Part shown: in pieces, positions 11,246-25,054 of the stretch | How positions within the stretch are numbered: position 1 is the stretch's first letter | Layout of the letters: each line of letters begins with the position of its first letter | Source of the DNA: Octopus sinensis | Taxonomy: Eukaryota | Assembly: GCF_006345805.1 (NCBI RefSeq) | Contig: NC_043020.1 | Coordinates: 30,566,001-30,630,000 of the forward strand | Reading direction: 5' to 3' | Length of the DNA stretch: 64,000 nt | The notes under the pieces: model-generated | What the model was told of the DNA's origin: nothing | The model's input: only the letters and a program-made list of their open reading frames with translations | Database searches by the model: none | Program-made: the position numbers and the translations under genes

Positions 11246-11752
11246 ATCTTTTACCGATAACTAGTTTCAATCATTGGACTACGGCCAGGCTACGGCACCT
11301 CCTTGAAATCTAGCATATTGACCCCAGCACTTATTTTTAAAATCTGATATTTATTCTGTCGGTCTCCAAAGAGGAAAATGCCCGTCTGCAAGTCTTTCAG
11401 ACGAGTCCACCACACTACATCTTTTACCATATCTCTATAAGAAGACTAAACTACCCGCCTTCCTTGCCAAAAGAAGGTGAACCGTCTATTCTCACTGTTG
11501 TGGGTAGTGTAAACCAACCAATACCACTTGTCAAGTGATGAGTGGGGTATAAATACTTTCGCAAACACACACACACACACATATACGACGAGCTTCCACA
11601 TAGTTTCCATCTGCCAGATTCACTCACACGGCATTGGTCGGCCCAAGGCTATTGTAGAAGATACTTGCGCAAGATGCCGCGCTGTGAGAGTGAACCCGAA
11701 ACCACATGGTTGCAAAACGAGCTTCTTAACCATTCAGCCATGCTTGCACCTC
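11246..11752 (-). mobile_element. SINE family B, interrupted by a 131-bp insertion
   Basis: Reverse-complement family B head (11690-11750) and tail (11246-11365), with 11366-11496 being foreign sequence. Confidence 0.8.
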
Positions 11753-12269
11753 GTATTATTGTTAAACGGGCTTAAATTATTATTATTGTTGTTGTTATTG
11801 TTCCTATTTGATGTCAATTGAAATATAATGACATAAAACAATTGTTTCTCTGAGATATTAATTCCTACCAGAGAAAGGGAAGAGGCCCCACAATAGGAAA
11901 ACATTGAGGAAGAAGAATGAGAGAGAGAGAGGGAGAAAGGGTGAGAGATTGGGGAAGGAAAAGAGAAAGGAAAAGGAGAGGAGAGATAAGGAAGGGAGAG
12001 AGTGGTGAGAAAAAAGGTTCCCACTAAAGACATACTGATACCATCGTAGGCCTTACTGTTTTAGACCCTTGCTTTATCCTTCCGGGTTCAATAAAATAAA
12101 GGAGCAATGAAATACTGAAGTCGATGTAATCAACTCACCCCCACCCCTTAAGAAATTGCTGGTTTTGCGCCAAAATTTGAAATAATTGTTATTAAAAGCA
12201 CGTCATAAAAATAAAACTACTGAATAATAATAATGATAATAACAACAACAACAACAACAACAATAATAA

Positions 12270-12625
12270 TAATGGTTTCAAATTTTGGAACAAGGCCAGC
12301 AATTTCGGGAAGGGGATAAGTCGATTACATCCACCTCCACCCCCACCCCGTGCTAAGCTGGTACTTATTTTATGGGAAAGGCAAAGTCGAATTCGAGGAA
12401 ATTTCAGTTCGGAGCGTAACCCTCTGCCCTCCGAAAAGTACAGATAAACATTTTGTCCCAGGCGTTAACAATTCTCACAACTCACCTCCTTTAAAATCCT
12501 TTCTTTCAAACTTTTATCGATTCCGAAAATAATGAAAGTCAAAGTCAACTTTAGAACGTAAACAACCGGAAAATTTACCGCAAAGCATTTTCCCCGACCA
12601 TTGAACGATTCTGCCATCTCACACC
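12270..12625 (-). mobile_element. tRNA-headed SINE family C, degraded or interrupted
   Basis: TTTCAAATTTTGGAACAAGGCCAGCAATTT tail, GTACTTATTTTAT and AAAGGCAAAGTCGA motifs are the reverse complement of 12804-13020. Confidence 0.7.
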
Positions 12626-12720
12626 CGAAATTGCTGACCATCTGCCAAAATTTGAAATTTTGTTATTAGTATTATTATTGTTGTTGATGTTGTTACTACT
12701 ACTACTACTACTACTACTAC

Positions 12721-12802
<82 letters not shown>

Positions 12803-12803
12803 T

Positions 12804-13020
12804 AAGGCGGCAAGCTGGCAGAATCGTTAGCACGCCAGGCGAAATGCTTAGCGCTATTTCGTCTGCCGCTACGTCTGGGTTCAAATTCCGCCGAGGTCGA
12901 CTTTGCATTTTATCCTTTCGAGGTCGATTAAATAAGTACCAGTTATTTACTGGGATCGATGTAATCAACTTGGCCCCTCCCCGCAAATTTCAGGTCCTGT
13001 GCCTATAATAGAAAGGATTA
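12804..13020 (+). mobile_element. tRNA-headed SINE family C, full length
   Basis: AAGGCGGCAAGCTGGCAGAATCGTTAGC head, GGGTTCAAATTCCGCC B box, ends TGTGCCTATAATAGAAAGGATTA. Other copies at 12030-12220(+), 22030-22225(-), 36590-36720(-), 50910-51025(-), 53090-54480, 55495-56060(-) and 61170-61675(-). Confidence 0.85.
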
Positions 13021-13572
13021 CTATTAATATTAACTACAAAATCACCCACAATTATTAATAACTGTCGACGGAAACAATGACAGTAAAACACTGCGACGGC
13101 GGCGATGATGATGGTGGTGGTGGGTGAATTGTAGTGGGTAGAGGTGTCAATGGAAGAACAAAGACAACTCAAGACTTTAGTGATTGAATGTTGTCGTCGT
13201 GCACGATAGATATCGAAAACGAGGCCCAGGTGCACGAGGTGACCGCTGCTCTTCAAAATGAATGCCCAAGCTTGCAGTTAAAAAAGACTGTTTTCTTTAA
13301 GACTTGCAGAGATTTTCTTGATGTTTTCTTCTCCGGCTGAAAGATTCGTGCGAGTAAACAAGGAGTTTGAGACAGATTAAGGAAGTTTCCGTTCGACATT
13401 CTACAATCAGCAAATGGTTCCCAAAAGATTCGCGGCGCCCATTTTGTATCTTGTAAATGCGTAAAACTATTCAAACCAAATAAGAACAACATATTTATTT
13501 TCTATGAGGAATAAAGCAATAAAGAAGTGAATAAACGTCTTAAAATATATACCTGCTTGTGTGTGTGTCTGT

Positions 13573-13626
<54 letters not shown>

Positions 13627-13914
13627 ATTTTTAGTATATCTAGAAAAATAGAATAAATTGGGAGCGAGATTAGTAAAACGATATCAAAAAATATTTATAT
13701 TTTTTTGTTGACACGAGTTTAAAATGAAGGAATGTTTGTGCGCGTTTCTTTAAGAAATGCTGAACAAATGAAATGAATCTTTGGAAAAAAGATGAGTTGC
13801 TTTCTTTCATTTTATTCTGACTGCTATTATTGTGTTTTCGTTCTTGGTTTTATGTTCTACGATTTTACACAGTCACACACACACATATATATGTATGCAT
13901 ATGTGTGTATGTAT

Positions 13915-13949
<35 letters not shown>

Positions 13950-14518
13950 TACATATACATGCATACATATATATATGTGTGTGTGCATGCATGCATGTAG
14001 GTATGTATGTTTGTATGTGTGTTGCACATTTCCGAGACGTTGATAGAAAATGGTAGAAAACGTCTGAGACAAAGGTTGGTGGAATGGGAATGGCAGACAA
14101 CAATGAGCGACAGTTGATAGATTGAATGGAACGACAAGTAAAAGAGTTGGTGACTCTCAAACTCGGTGCAGCTTAAACTTCGCTCAGAATACGAAAACAG
14201 TTTCTTTGTCTGAGCCATTGATTGTTGGCTCATCTCTGTTCGTTGTTATTCCAAATGGTGTTGTTGTCGCTGCTGCTGCTGCTGTTCGCGTTCATTTTGT
14301 CTTTGGTGATGATGATGATGATGATGGCGACGACAACGACGATGACAGGGTGATGCTGTTGGCAGTGATGGCAGCGACGGTGGTGACAGAGGTGATAATG
14401 GTGGTGGTGGATAGGATGGTAAAGAGGGTATGATGTGTTGACAACGATGGCGACGGCAGCGGTGGGGATAAAGTCGGCTGCTGCGGCAACGGCGGTAGAG
14501 GCATCGGCGGCAGCTCCG

Positions 14519-14551
<33 letters not shown>

Positions 14552-14844
14552 CGGTAGTTGTAGTGATGATGGCGGTGGCGGTGGTGGTGACAAAGTCAAA
14601 AATTATTGTTGATTAGATCCTGCTCAGCCCTAATCGAATAGACCAATAGACATTTGATACAAGATATTCCAACCATGACCTCCCCGTCTTTTCCCAAACT
14701 ATTGGGAACTTAGGACCGCATTATTTAATCTATCGTTGTGAGGATTTGAGGAGGATTGAGCTGCTATATCTAGCTGGTAAAACTTGTTAGTGATCGCCCT
14801 GACCGCTCTATCAATCAGGCGACCAGATGTCCTTCTCCATCGCT

Positions 14845-15270
14845 GGTCACAGTGCGCTTCTATTCTTCCGTTGTCTCCTTCTCTTCTATTTCGACCCCCA
14901 AAGTTTCCCTTGTGGTCTTATTCCAATTGCTTGCATATTACTCAACAACTGTATGGGTCCACCTGTTATCTGTGAACCTTGCCTCATGTGCCGTTCAGTT
15001 AAAAGGATTCTTTCGAAATACCACGATCACATCGTATATTCCACTTTGTTCTGGAACTTCTTCGTTTCGGAAACGTTCCCGAAAAGATATTCCAAGCATG
15101 GAACTTTCTGTGGTCTTCTGTGTCGCAACCAGTCGTCGTTCTTCCTACATCTTTTTGCATCAGACGATACTATGGATGAGATTGGCACAGAGGACATTGT
15201 CCAGCTCTGCTGTGAGCCTGTCTTTAATCGAGCAAAATGCCCTCCGCCCAGTGCTTCTCTGGACGAGATT
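14845..15270 (-). mobile_element. RTE-clade LINE ORF 3' fragment
   Basis: Minus frames: ...RLVATQKTTESSMLGISFRERFRNEEVPEQSGIYDVI...HEARFTDNRWTHTVVE, matching the RTE WAGHVAR..D.RW motif region. Confidence 0.8.
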
Positions 15271-16229
15271 TCAGCGGAACGTTTGATCGTGAGTCTCACA
15301 TTGTCGTGATTGTTGTCGTTATTGTGGTTGTCAGCGATGATCTCTGGTGTGGGTGATGATGATCATGTATGGATTGGATGGTGGAAGTAGTGATATTACG
15401 TTTCTTATTGCTTAGGTCAGTGCGTTTTGTTTCCCTTTTTTGTGTGTTTTTACGTTGATATGAAACATTTTTCACTAGTCACGCGCTTCGAATTCTATCA
15501 ACTCGCTCTGTACAGGGAATTCGGTACGTTGTGTGGTTGACGATGCACAGGCATTCGCTGGAGTTATGGTACCACAAAAGCATTCCATGAGCGTGAGTAG
15601 ATGAGGTCATTTTTTGGCAGATACGTTTTTTCACATTTCGGCTCTTTGATGGAACTGTAACTTTGTATCACCGAATACCAAGACCGGGCATCAGACATCG
15701 AATAATGTTAACAGCCACCCACAGCTCCCAACCAACCAGACAACACGCCTGGTGGAACAATCATGTTAACATTCTCCCATTGAGGATTTGTGGAAGACAA
15801 GAGAGACAACGTTCTTATGGAATGTTTCAACAAGAATCAACAAATGCTATGTTTCTAAGAGTTTTTGGCCTCGAGAACTGTGGAATAACTTCAAGAAATT
15901 AATACAACAGATACGTATAGTCGATTTAAGCCAAACTCTCCAAACGTAGGAATACTGTCAGTCTGGTATATTCGTGTTGTGCACAAATACGAATTTTATT
16001 ATTATAACTATTACTATAATTATAATATTGTAAATTTTATATTTATATCTAGCCACAAATAATGCGTGGTTATAGTAATTTTGATTTTGTTTAAATATAT
16101 CCCCATTAGCCGAAAGTTTCGAAATCCGAGTAAATATATATTTTAATGAAAGAATTTATTATACTCCTTGAATGATTTGAATGTTTTGAATTTACATGTC
16201 TTTTGCACACATTAGGCTTATGATGGGTT

Positions 16230-17375
16230 GATGTAGTTCATTCCTTAAATCAAAAGTAAGGTCAAGGAAGTTAACCCTAGCAATGTCATTTTCTATGGCG
16301 ACAGAGAGACCAAGACACTCAAAGAATTTGAAAAGACTTTTTTCTCCCACGCAAGGACGGTGGCCGTGGTCTCAAGCCTGTATCGATGTCATATGAAGCA
16401 CAGATTGTGACAGTGAGCGAACGTCTGCAGCAGAGGAAAGATACCAGTAATTATCTTAATCAAGTTTGTGACCATGAAAGCAACAACATAATAAGGATCG
16501 ATAATGAAGTTGAAGAGAGGAATGGAATAAGTGCTGATGCAAATCTCTCCTCAAGGAACTTTGGTAAAATCTATTTATCAGAACAACAGAAAAGAACAGA
16601 CTCGTTCACTGAGAAGCTAGTATCTGGTTACTTGGCACATAAAACACAAACCATAGAAGGGAATGATCATGTCAAAAGCTTGGCATGGAGTACCGACAAG
16701 TTTCTGACATCCCACTTTGAAGGCTACATCTCTGCAATCCAAGAACAAAGGGTCCTCACCAAGTACTTACAGCACAAAAAGGCAGAAAACGTCAGCAGAC
16801 AAGAAATATAGGCTTTGCGAGATCAAGACTGAAGACCTCAACCACATTATTGCCAACTATGAGAGAATGTCTTCCAGATATTATCTTCTTACGAAGTATG
16901 ATACGGTGACCACAACAGTCTGTAAAAAGAATAATAGAAATGAAAATACCTACAAACGAAGTTGACCATATTGAGACCGATAGGTCAAAAGAATATTGGT
17001 AAAACTTGAAAATTAAAACAGCCGCCAGTTTAAAATGCAACCGGTCAGATATCGTTGTGTAGGACCACAAAGAAAAGATGTGTTCTGTAATGGAAATTAT
17101 CTGCCCTCTGGACACGAATGTGGTTAGAAATATACAAGAGAAAGAGGACATCTGTGGACCACTGATGGGGTGTTTGCAAATCCAGGAGCCAAGATACAAT
17201 TTCAGCTTCATATCTATTATTATCGGAGCAACAGGATACATACCGATCAGTCTGGAGCAGAGTATGGCCGAACTTGGAATTTAGGGAAGAGAATACAAAT
17301 CCTTAATTCATAAGCTACAAATGGTGGCGATATCTGGGACTAGAAAAACTGCGAAGAGTTTCTTAAGATTTAAAG
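16230..17375 (+). mobile_element. R4/Dong-clade LINE 3' third (RT end, CCHC knuckle, REL)
   Basis: FLPRKDGGRGLK, EGYISAIQEQ, KYRLCEIKTEDLNHII, MCSVMEIICPLDTNVVRNIQEKED and IIIGATGYIP in successive plus frames, with frameshifts. Confidence 0.85.
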
Positions 17376-17394
17376 GATGATGGTTAAAACAAGG

Positions 17395-17428
<34 letters not shown>

Positions 17429-17429
17429 T

Positions 17430-17476
<47 letters not shown>

Positions 17477-17477
17477 T

Positions 17478-17515
<38 letters not shown>

Positions 17516-17550
17516 CACATACATACATACACACACACACACACATACAT

Positions 17551-17587
<37 letters not shown>

Positions 17588-17588
17588 T

Positions 17589-17628
<40 letters not shown>

Positions 17629-17645
17629 ACATACATACATACATA
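17395..17645. repeat. Compound (CATA)/(CA)n microsatellite at the LINE 3' end
   Basis: Visible alternating blocks. Confidence 0.9.
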
Positions 17646-20244
17646 CTATGACTGAAATTACATTCAAATTTCTATCAAATCCCATCCAAACATGTTTTTA
17701 AAAAGTGGGGTAAGGCACATTCTGTAATATAGTCCAAGATACACGATGTGTGAGCAACAGTCATGTTATGACTAGGATAGCTTTGATAATCAGTTTCCTC
17801 AACCAAACCTGTCCTGGGGCTAAACTAGGAGGACAACAACAACAACAACTAGTAGTTCTGCATCGAAACTTCTGTTTCAAATTATAGCAAAACGTTTTAA
17901 AAGAAAACAATGTTTTTGTCTGATAAGCGGGGTTTGTAAACAAAAAACTCAGCAAAACCCTACTGACAGATGACGCAACATGACTTAGCCATATACACAC
18001 ACACCGTCGCCACCACCACCACCACCACCATCACTACCTCCTCCACCATCACTAACATCACCACCAACTCCATCACCGCCACCACCACACCAAAGAAGTT
18101 ATAATTCAATGTTGTAAAATGAAAATACTTTCTCCATTCGTTGCTTTTTACTACAATTTAAGCATTTCTTTTTAAAATTTTTTTGGGGGGTTTATTGCAA
18201 AAACTCGTTGTTGAAAGAAGCAAAACAAGGAATCTTGAAGCGTCTTGTTCGCGGATATAAGAAACATTTGCTAAATAAACAATCGTCAATGAGAAAACCT
18301 TTATGTGTTTGCTCAACTTGCTAGAAATAGCAACCAAATCACAAATAAATCACATTCTACCATACATATCAAATAATATCGATAATATAGTCTTAGGTTG
18401 GTTATGTGATGAGAGGACGGTCAAATCTCTTTCACTGCACACCTTATGACAACAGAATGATACACTACCTAATGTAATCCTAGATACATTTATGCCAGAA
18501 ATAGCAACCAAATCTCCTTTTCACATTAAAACCTGCCATATCAGAGCAAAACATTCCATTCTAAGTCCAAACTGGTCAGACTCAGCTTCTCACACGCTAC
18601 AACAAACAATCACCTCATCAGAACCTCGAAGCTACAAAACAATGCAAGATTAATTCAAAACGATGTAAATAATAAGTATCACATTTGGCCAAGTCATCTG
18701 AATGGCCAAGGGTCAAACTACACATTAAAATAGGAAGGATTCAGTGGAGAGTGTATATGTGGCCCTCGGTACTCTGTACCCGGGAAATAAAAGACGGGGT
18801 GATGATAAAATATCTTTGATCATAGGTTTATATCCTAAATGGAAGATGACATGGGCCCAAACAACACAACAGCCAATTACTTCCACCGCCTCATGGCCAC
18901 TACCACTTCTCCACGCACCGACCAATCTCTGAAATTAATATCAGGGAGATGAGTGGAATTATTAAATTCTAGCGTAAAGCGCAAAACCTTCGAAAGGAAA
19001 CTACAGTCTATGAGATTACTTTGGGCAAATATGCTCTGCTATAGCTTCAAGTCAACCAAATTCTAGTAAATGAAATTTGGTTGCAGGAAACTGTGTGGAA
19101 GCCCGTTGAAAGTATCGTGGGGCTGGGTTGGGGGTTTGTTGGTCTGAGGCGATGACTGGTTGAGTTGATGAATGCAAACGTGTTTCTTTGGCAGCGTAAA
19201 GAAATAACTGACACCAGCCGCAAACTATTAACACAGGATTTAATTAATGCACACAGCATTAATTACAAATAAATACAAACAACAATAATTACTTACAGAG
19301 GGAGAAGGAAAACCGCGCTGCGTTCGAAAAGACACATTGTGTGAATGTTTATAGTTCGATCTGTCCAAAATCTGGAAGTGTCTGAAGTTCTGTCATGACG
19401 CATCACCGATTACCTGGCGGTTCGGTTTCAAATCACCGCTACAAAGGAAGCATTTTACTCTGAAGAGATCAACTTAATCCATCGCTCGATTTAACATCAG
19501 AATCTCGCTCACTTGCATTCCTTTAGCCCTCTCTCTTACAAGGATTCGAATCAGATCTCCATTCTAAAGATAAACACCTCCCTCTTTCCTCAGGGACCTT
19601 GAAAAGGATCACAGGCTTCCCATTTTCTCTTCTCATTAACCAATAGAAAAAGACTAACTTTATTGTTATATCATTAATTATTTAAATGGATAATTAACCT
19701 TGGTTTTCTAATTTTATTATATTTTAAGTATTGTTGACGTAATGAAAAACAAATGTCGACAATATTGTATTGAATATCGAGCCTGAGGTCTCAGTCCATT
19801 ACTACAGAACATTACGAAGCGTGTATGTCTTCTATGTATGATGGCACCTTCAAATGACAGCTTGTGGCAATATAAGGAAAGAAAATATTTGAAGACAAAG
19901 CTTAAGAACAAGAGAGAGAGAGAGAGCACTAGAGTACTTAAAAAAGAATTAAGGGAAGGTTTCCGAACAAAGAAAACATTGAATAAAATGTTTAGTAAAG
20001 AAGTGACCTTAGTGAACAAGTTTACTTGCATCGAAAAGTTGCTTTTTTTTTTCTGAGAAAATAGCAAAAACTGATAAGTTACATAATAACGGTGAAACTT
20101 TCCTTTCACCCGTTCACTCTATCATCATTTCAACTACGATGAAACAAAGAGTACGTGAACAAACGTCTGGTCTTCAAGTTCACTCGGACAGAACTGGAAA
20201 TTCACTACGGCGTTGGCATAAAAGACTATTATATATTAATTCGC

Positions 20245-20350
20245 TCGTTTGGCCCACCAAGGACGCCTACTATCTCCCCTTCTGTACGTGTTGGCTCTCG
20301 AGCCATTACTAAAGAAGTTGGATATTTCGAGGGGCATCTTGCGTGATCCA
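20245..20350 (+). mobile_element. L1/Tx1-like RT fragment
   Basis: Plus frame AHQGRLLSPLLYVLALEPLLKKLD, the RT motif (RQGCPLSPLLY.LA.EPL). Confidence 0.7.
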
Positions 20351-20754
20351 GGATGCGAATGGTTCTCTTCTGTTCATTCGGATAAGAAGCTGTAGAAATT
20401 GTCGCATGCACATACAAACACAAAAATTCTCCAGACATTTAGCTGTTATTTTTAGCATATCGAGTTTTGTGGCGAGGGCTTTACATGCCGTGATCCTTTT
20501 GCAATTTCATTGTATGTCTACACAAATGGCAACGGACGAAACAGCCGTTCATTTTCAGTTTTAGACAGCGGGATGGGGTGGTGAGTGGGGTGGCGATCAA
20601 TTTTGGGTTAAACCATAAAATCTTATTACTTTTACTTTTTAACTTATAATTTAGTATTTTCTTTTTTATAAATGGTTGTTGCTATAATAACCTTGTTTAT
20701 TTATATCATTTTAATCCAATTTATTATCAGTCTGATCATATTTATATTGTCATT

Positions 20755-21095
20755 TTATTTGTTTACCAATGATTAGACTGTGGCCATGCTGGAGCACCAC
20801 TTTGTTGAATTTTAATCGAACGGATTGACCTCAGTACTTATTTTTTTAAAGCAAGCCTTGTATTTAATCTATGGGTCTCTTTTGCCGAACCACTAGGTTA
20901 CAGGGGGCATATACGTACCAACATCAGTTGTCAGGCGGCGTTGAGGAATACACACACACACACATACGATGGGCTTCTTTCGGTTTCCATCTACCAAATC
21001 CACTTACAAAGCTGTAGTCATCCCGAGGCTAGTAGAAGACAAAGGTGCCACACAGTGGAACTGAACCCGGGACCACAGGGTTGGGAAACAATCTT
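20755..21095 (-). mobile_element. SINE family B
   Basis: Reverse complement of the family B body (GACTGTGGCCATGCTGGAGCACC ... GAACTGAACCCGGGACCACAGGGTTGGGA). Confidence 0.8.
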
Positions 21096-22309
21096 CTTAC
21101 CATATATAAAGTTCATTTTCTGCCAGTCCCATCAAAACATTTGTCTCTGCAGGATTTCCTTTGCTAATACATTTTTATCCACTTAAAAATAGTCCGTTTT
21201 GTGTAAACTAATCCAAACACTTTGTTTTTGCATGACACAGCTGCATTTAATAAACGTTGGAAATGGTAAAATACCTTCCTTTCTTTACGTATTTATTTAT
21301 CTATCTCTTTATTTATTTATTAATCTATTTATCTCTTTATTTATTTACCCATCTCTTTATTTATCCATCTATTTTTTATCTATCTAGCTCTTTATTTATC
21401 TCTTTATTTATTTATTTATTTATCTACCTATTTATTTGTCTCTTTATTTATTTATCTATTTTCAACTAATGGTCGTCTGTGAGAAGAGAATATGACAGAC
21501 ATTGCTTGGGTTCCGAAGGGGGAGACATGGGTAAAATGATGTTGAGAAACACTGATAGACATATTACGCATAGCCATACACACACACACACACACACACA
21601 CACAGTTGCATCAACAAATACATGTACACACAGAGAGATATATACATACAAAAATACGAAGATATATATACACACACATGCACAGTTATATACATGTTTA
21701 TACACAAGCATGTTTACACACAGGTACATACACACACACACACACGAACTGCACAGAGGAATACTCTCTGCTAAAAAACCTAATGTCTGTGATAGAGTAA
21801 AATAAACGAAATCTGTTAATCGTAGTCAGAAAGCCAACGAAATTAAAGACCTTTTCTACAATGCCGTTCAATTATTTAGAAAGAAATCCAAAGCTAAATT
21901 GGGAACAGAATTCTAACAAGAATATCAAAATGAAGCAACCGATGGAAAAGTTGTCTGTTTTATTAAATTCGTTACAAAAGAAAAACCTGTTACGATAAAA
22001 ATTAAATGCCTATTATTCCCTCTACTTCTGGCACAAGGCCATTTTGAGCACATTCCTTCTGGTTTTGGCGCCAGGCCAGCAGTTTTGAGGGGCGGGGCAA
22101 GGCCATTACATTGATCCGCATCATTCGACAGATATTTTGTTTTATTAAACCTGGAGGGATGAAAGGTAAAGCTGACCTTGGCGGAATCTGATGTCAGGAC
22201 GTAATGAGTCGCAAGAAATACTGCAAAGCATTTTATCCGCCGTTCTTTCGAGTGTGTGTGTGTGTTCTCTTTCTCTCCTCATCTCATCACCATTGTTACA
22301 CATTTTGAA

Positions 22310-22900
22310 AGTCCAGACTCCATTTTGATATCATTCGAGAAAAAGTGAGGCAGACTGGACCAGGTTGTCCAATTCTGCCTCACTTTTTGTGAACAACTCA
22401 AAAAGTTATCCACGAACAGCAGCTGGTCAAGATTTCCCTTACCACTTCCCAGATTATACGCAACTTCATTTTTTACAGTATTTCACTCAAGGGGATCATT
22501 CCCAGCACAATGATACACTGTCCCCCTGCAAGATTCCTCTCCTGATTTTCACTTTTAATAGCCGATTCCCTGCCGTCAGTTCAGTTCAGTTCTCCACCAT
22601 TTCACACCATACAAGACATTTCATGCTTTTGGCTACTCCATACATTTCCATGTTATCCAAGAGTGTGGTATCGTATGTTTTACGATAATTACTCCATGCC
22701 ATGCTCAAGTTCCTGTGTCTTCTCTTGCACTTTCTCATAATTAGTTTATCAATTAACAGCTGATCTTTCGTTTCTGGGTTCATCATTCGGCAACTTTTTG
22801 CTTCAATAGGTAGCAGTCCACTATTTTCTGAATATCCCTGCAGTTCACTGGCCTAAGCATCTGACAAAAGTCTCCACATTAGCGCAAGATATAAAGGCCT
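22310..22900 (-). mobile_element. R4/Dong-clade LINE reverse transcriptase core fragment
   Basis: Minus frames: TKDQLLIDKLIMRKCKRRHRNLSMAWSNYRKTYD...VKIRRGILQGDS...LFTKSEAELDNLVQ, covering the RT core motifs. Confidence 0.85.
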
Positions 22901-23004
22901 TTCTATACCTTAAATCTCTTAACAGGCACAAAGCCACGGCCCCCTCAAATACTACTCCCTGTCTCCTAGTTGAGGGGTTCTGTCTTGTAAGGCACTTTGT
23001 GATC

Positions 23005-23200
23005 TGTTGGGGCTGGTATCAAGTAAAAAACACCCAGTACACTTTGTAAAGTAGTTAGGGTTAGGAAGATGTGGGAACCATGCCAAAACAGAGAATAGAA
23101 CCTGGTGTGGCTCTCCAGCCTTGCCAGCTCCTCCTGTCAAACCGTCCAACCTATGCCAGAAGGGACAACAGGCGTTAAATGATAATGAGGATGTAAAACT
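23005..23200 (+). mobile_element. RTE-tail-related SINE or LINE 3' UTR, family D
   Basis: Reverse complement of the 44505-44865 type (CCGTCCAACCTATGC...GGCGTTAAATGATAATGA tail). Confidence 0.6.
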
Positions 23201-24519
23201 CTGCCTTTCGTTCTTCCAAGGACAAAAGTGAAGATGACTTTTGCAGGATTTGAACACAGGACACAGAGAGTCAGACTGAATACTACTAAGTCTATTTCAT
23301 GCTGTAATGACTCCACCATTTCACCACCTTTGGACTGACCCAACAATGGACCTGAAACTAAAAAGACACAAGCAAACAAAATAAATAACAAAACACAAAA
23401 ACAAAAGTTTCTTTCAGAAAAAAAATTTAATTTAAAAAAATTAAAAACAACAACAGAATAAATTAATAAAAAAAAAACAGAAAGTCCCATCAATAAGTTA
23501 AAACTCGCTTGAAAAGGAAAAAAAACATTTAAAAAGATTTTTTTTAATAAAAAATGAATCTAAGTTTTGATAAAAAAAATTCTAAGAATGAAGAGATTCG
23601 GTGCCTTTAACCAAAAAAAAAATTTTATATAAATAAAAAAATTTTTTAGTTTGAAATATCACAATGAAAATTATAATTAAAAAAAAATGAAATTAAGGAG
23701 AAAATAAAATAAATTAACAATAAAAACTTTCAGATATGGAAAAATTTTCTGTAAAATATGAAACTTTCAGCATTGATGGAAGATTTCCTGAAATCTTTTT
23801 ACTTTTTGTTAATTTTTGATTTACATATTTCTTATTCAATTTTTTATTTTTTGGTAAAATATATTTTAAACATTTGCTGTTGTTGTTGCTGCTGCTCGCT
23901 CTTCAACCCCACCCACATACACACATCCAGATCAGCCCTGAGATTAAGTAGATCCTATTATCAAACAAGTTCCATCCATGACCTTTCCACCTTCCATACT
24001 GACACAGCATACTTAGTACTACCTTAGCCAATGCAACTTTAAACATGATAATCTCTAATATGATGATTTGGCTACTATTTCTAGCAAGCTGAGGTTCCCT
24101 CACTTGGTTTCCCATTAGCGACCCTACCTACTTACATCTAGTCCTCCAGATGCTGGAACTGAACGCTTGAATTTCAGTTTCCCAGTGTTTCCAAGCTTAT
24201 ACAGACAAGGCAAAAAACCTTTAACACTTTTGAAACCCATCTGGGGCCACCCTTGGTGCGATGGCACAAACTTCCTGTTTTAAAGTTTCTTAAATCAAAA
24301 CCTTCCATCAAAACTCCAAGTTAATTCAAATTCCAGAAACCAAGTGTGGCTGAGTGCTTAAGAAGCTGGCTACCAAACCATGTGGTCCTGGGTTCAGTCC
24401 TGCTGCATGGCACCTTCGGCAAGTATCTTCTACTTATATAGTCCCAAGCCAACCAATGCTTTGTGGATTTGGTACATAGAAACGGAAAGAAGCCCGTTGT
24501 GCTTGTGTGTGTGTGTGTT

Positions 24520-24578
<59 letters not shown>

Positions 24579-24649
24579 GTTATGCTTGTCCCCAGTGAAG
24601 GGTCAACACTTCAAGCTAGGAAAAAGCAAAGTTACAAAGTATCAATGAC

Positions 24650-24870
24650 AATTCAAAACCAACAAGAGCTGGGAGAGGAAGGCCCTCTGCCAGGGCAACA
24701 TACTTGCAAGGGACACAGATGAGAGAATGCCATAAAAATAGCAGGGGTTGAGAGGCTGAGGTGTAGGGGCCCAACTGGAGAGAAGCTGAAAAGGCAGCCC
24801 AAAGCCTAGAAGAGTGAAGAAAAGTCATTGATAGCTCATGCAACAAAGGGAGAAGAGGGCTTAACTAAAG
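24650..24870 (+). mobile_element. RTE-like LINE extreme 3' fragment
   Basis: Resembles the RTE C-terminus (...TWREAEKAAQSLEE*RKVIDSSCNKGRRGLN*), i.e. W...E..AQ.R..WR..V..LC..G. Confidence 0.5.
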
Positions 24871-25054
24871 TAAGTTACTGTCTGAATGGGCAGTCATGGC
24901 TGGAATACCTTTTACCATAATAGTGCTACATAATCCAGTTCAACCTGGGTTTAAACATAAAACAACAACAAATGACAGTAAAAAGGATAATTATAATGGA
25001 TCCATGCAGATCCAGTGAGGAATCTGTGGACGAGATACCATGGAATTTCATGAA

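Noticed and set aside
13209-13340. Protein-like plus frame DIENEAQVHEVTAALQNECPSLQL...
   Set aside because: No convincing acceptor or donor, no recognisable family and no partner exons; cannot be supported as coding.
15663-15902. PIEDLW resembling the Tc1 NPIENLW motif
   Set aside because: Single short motif without the preceding DD-domain context or TIRs.
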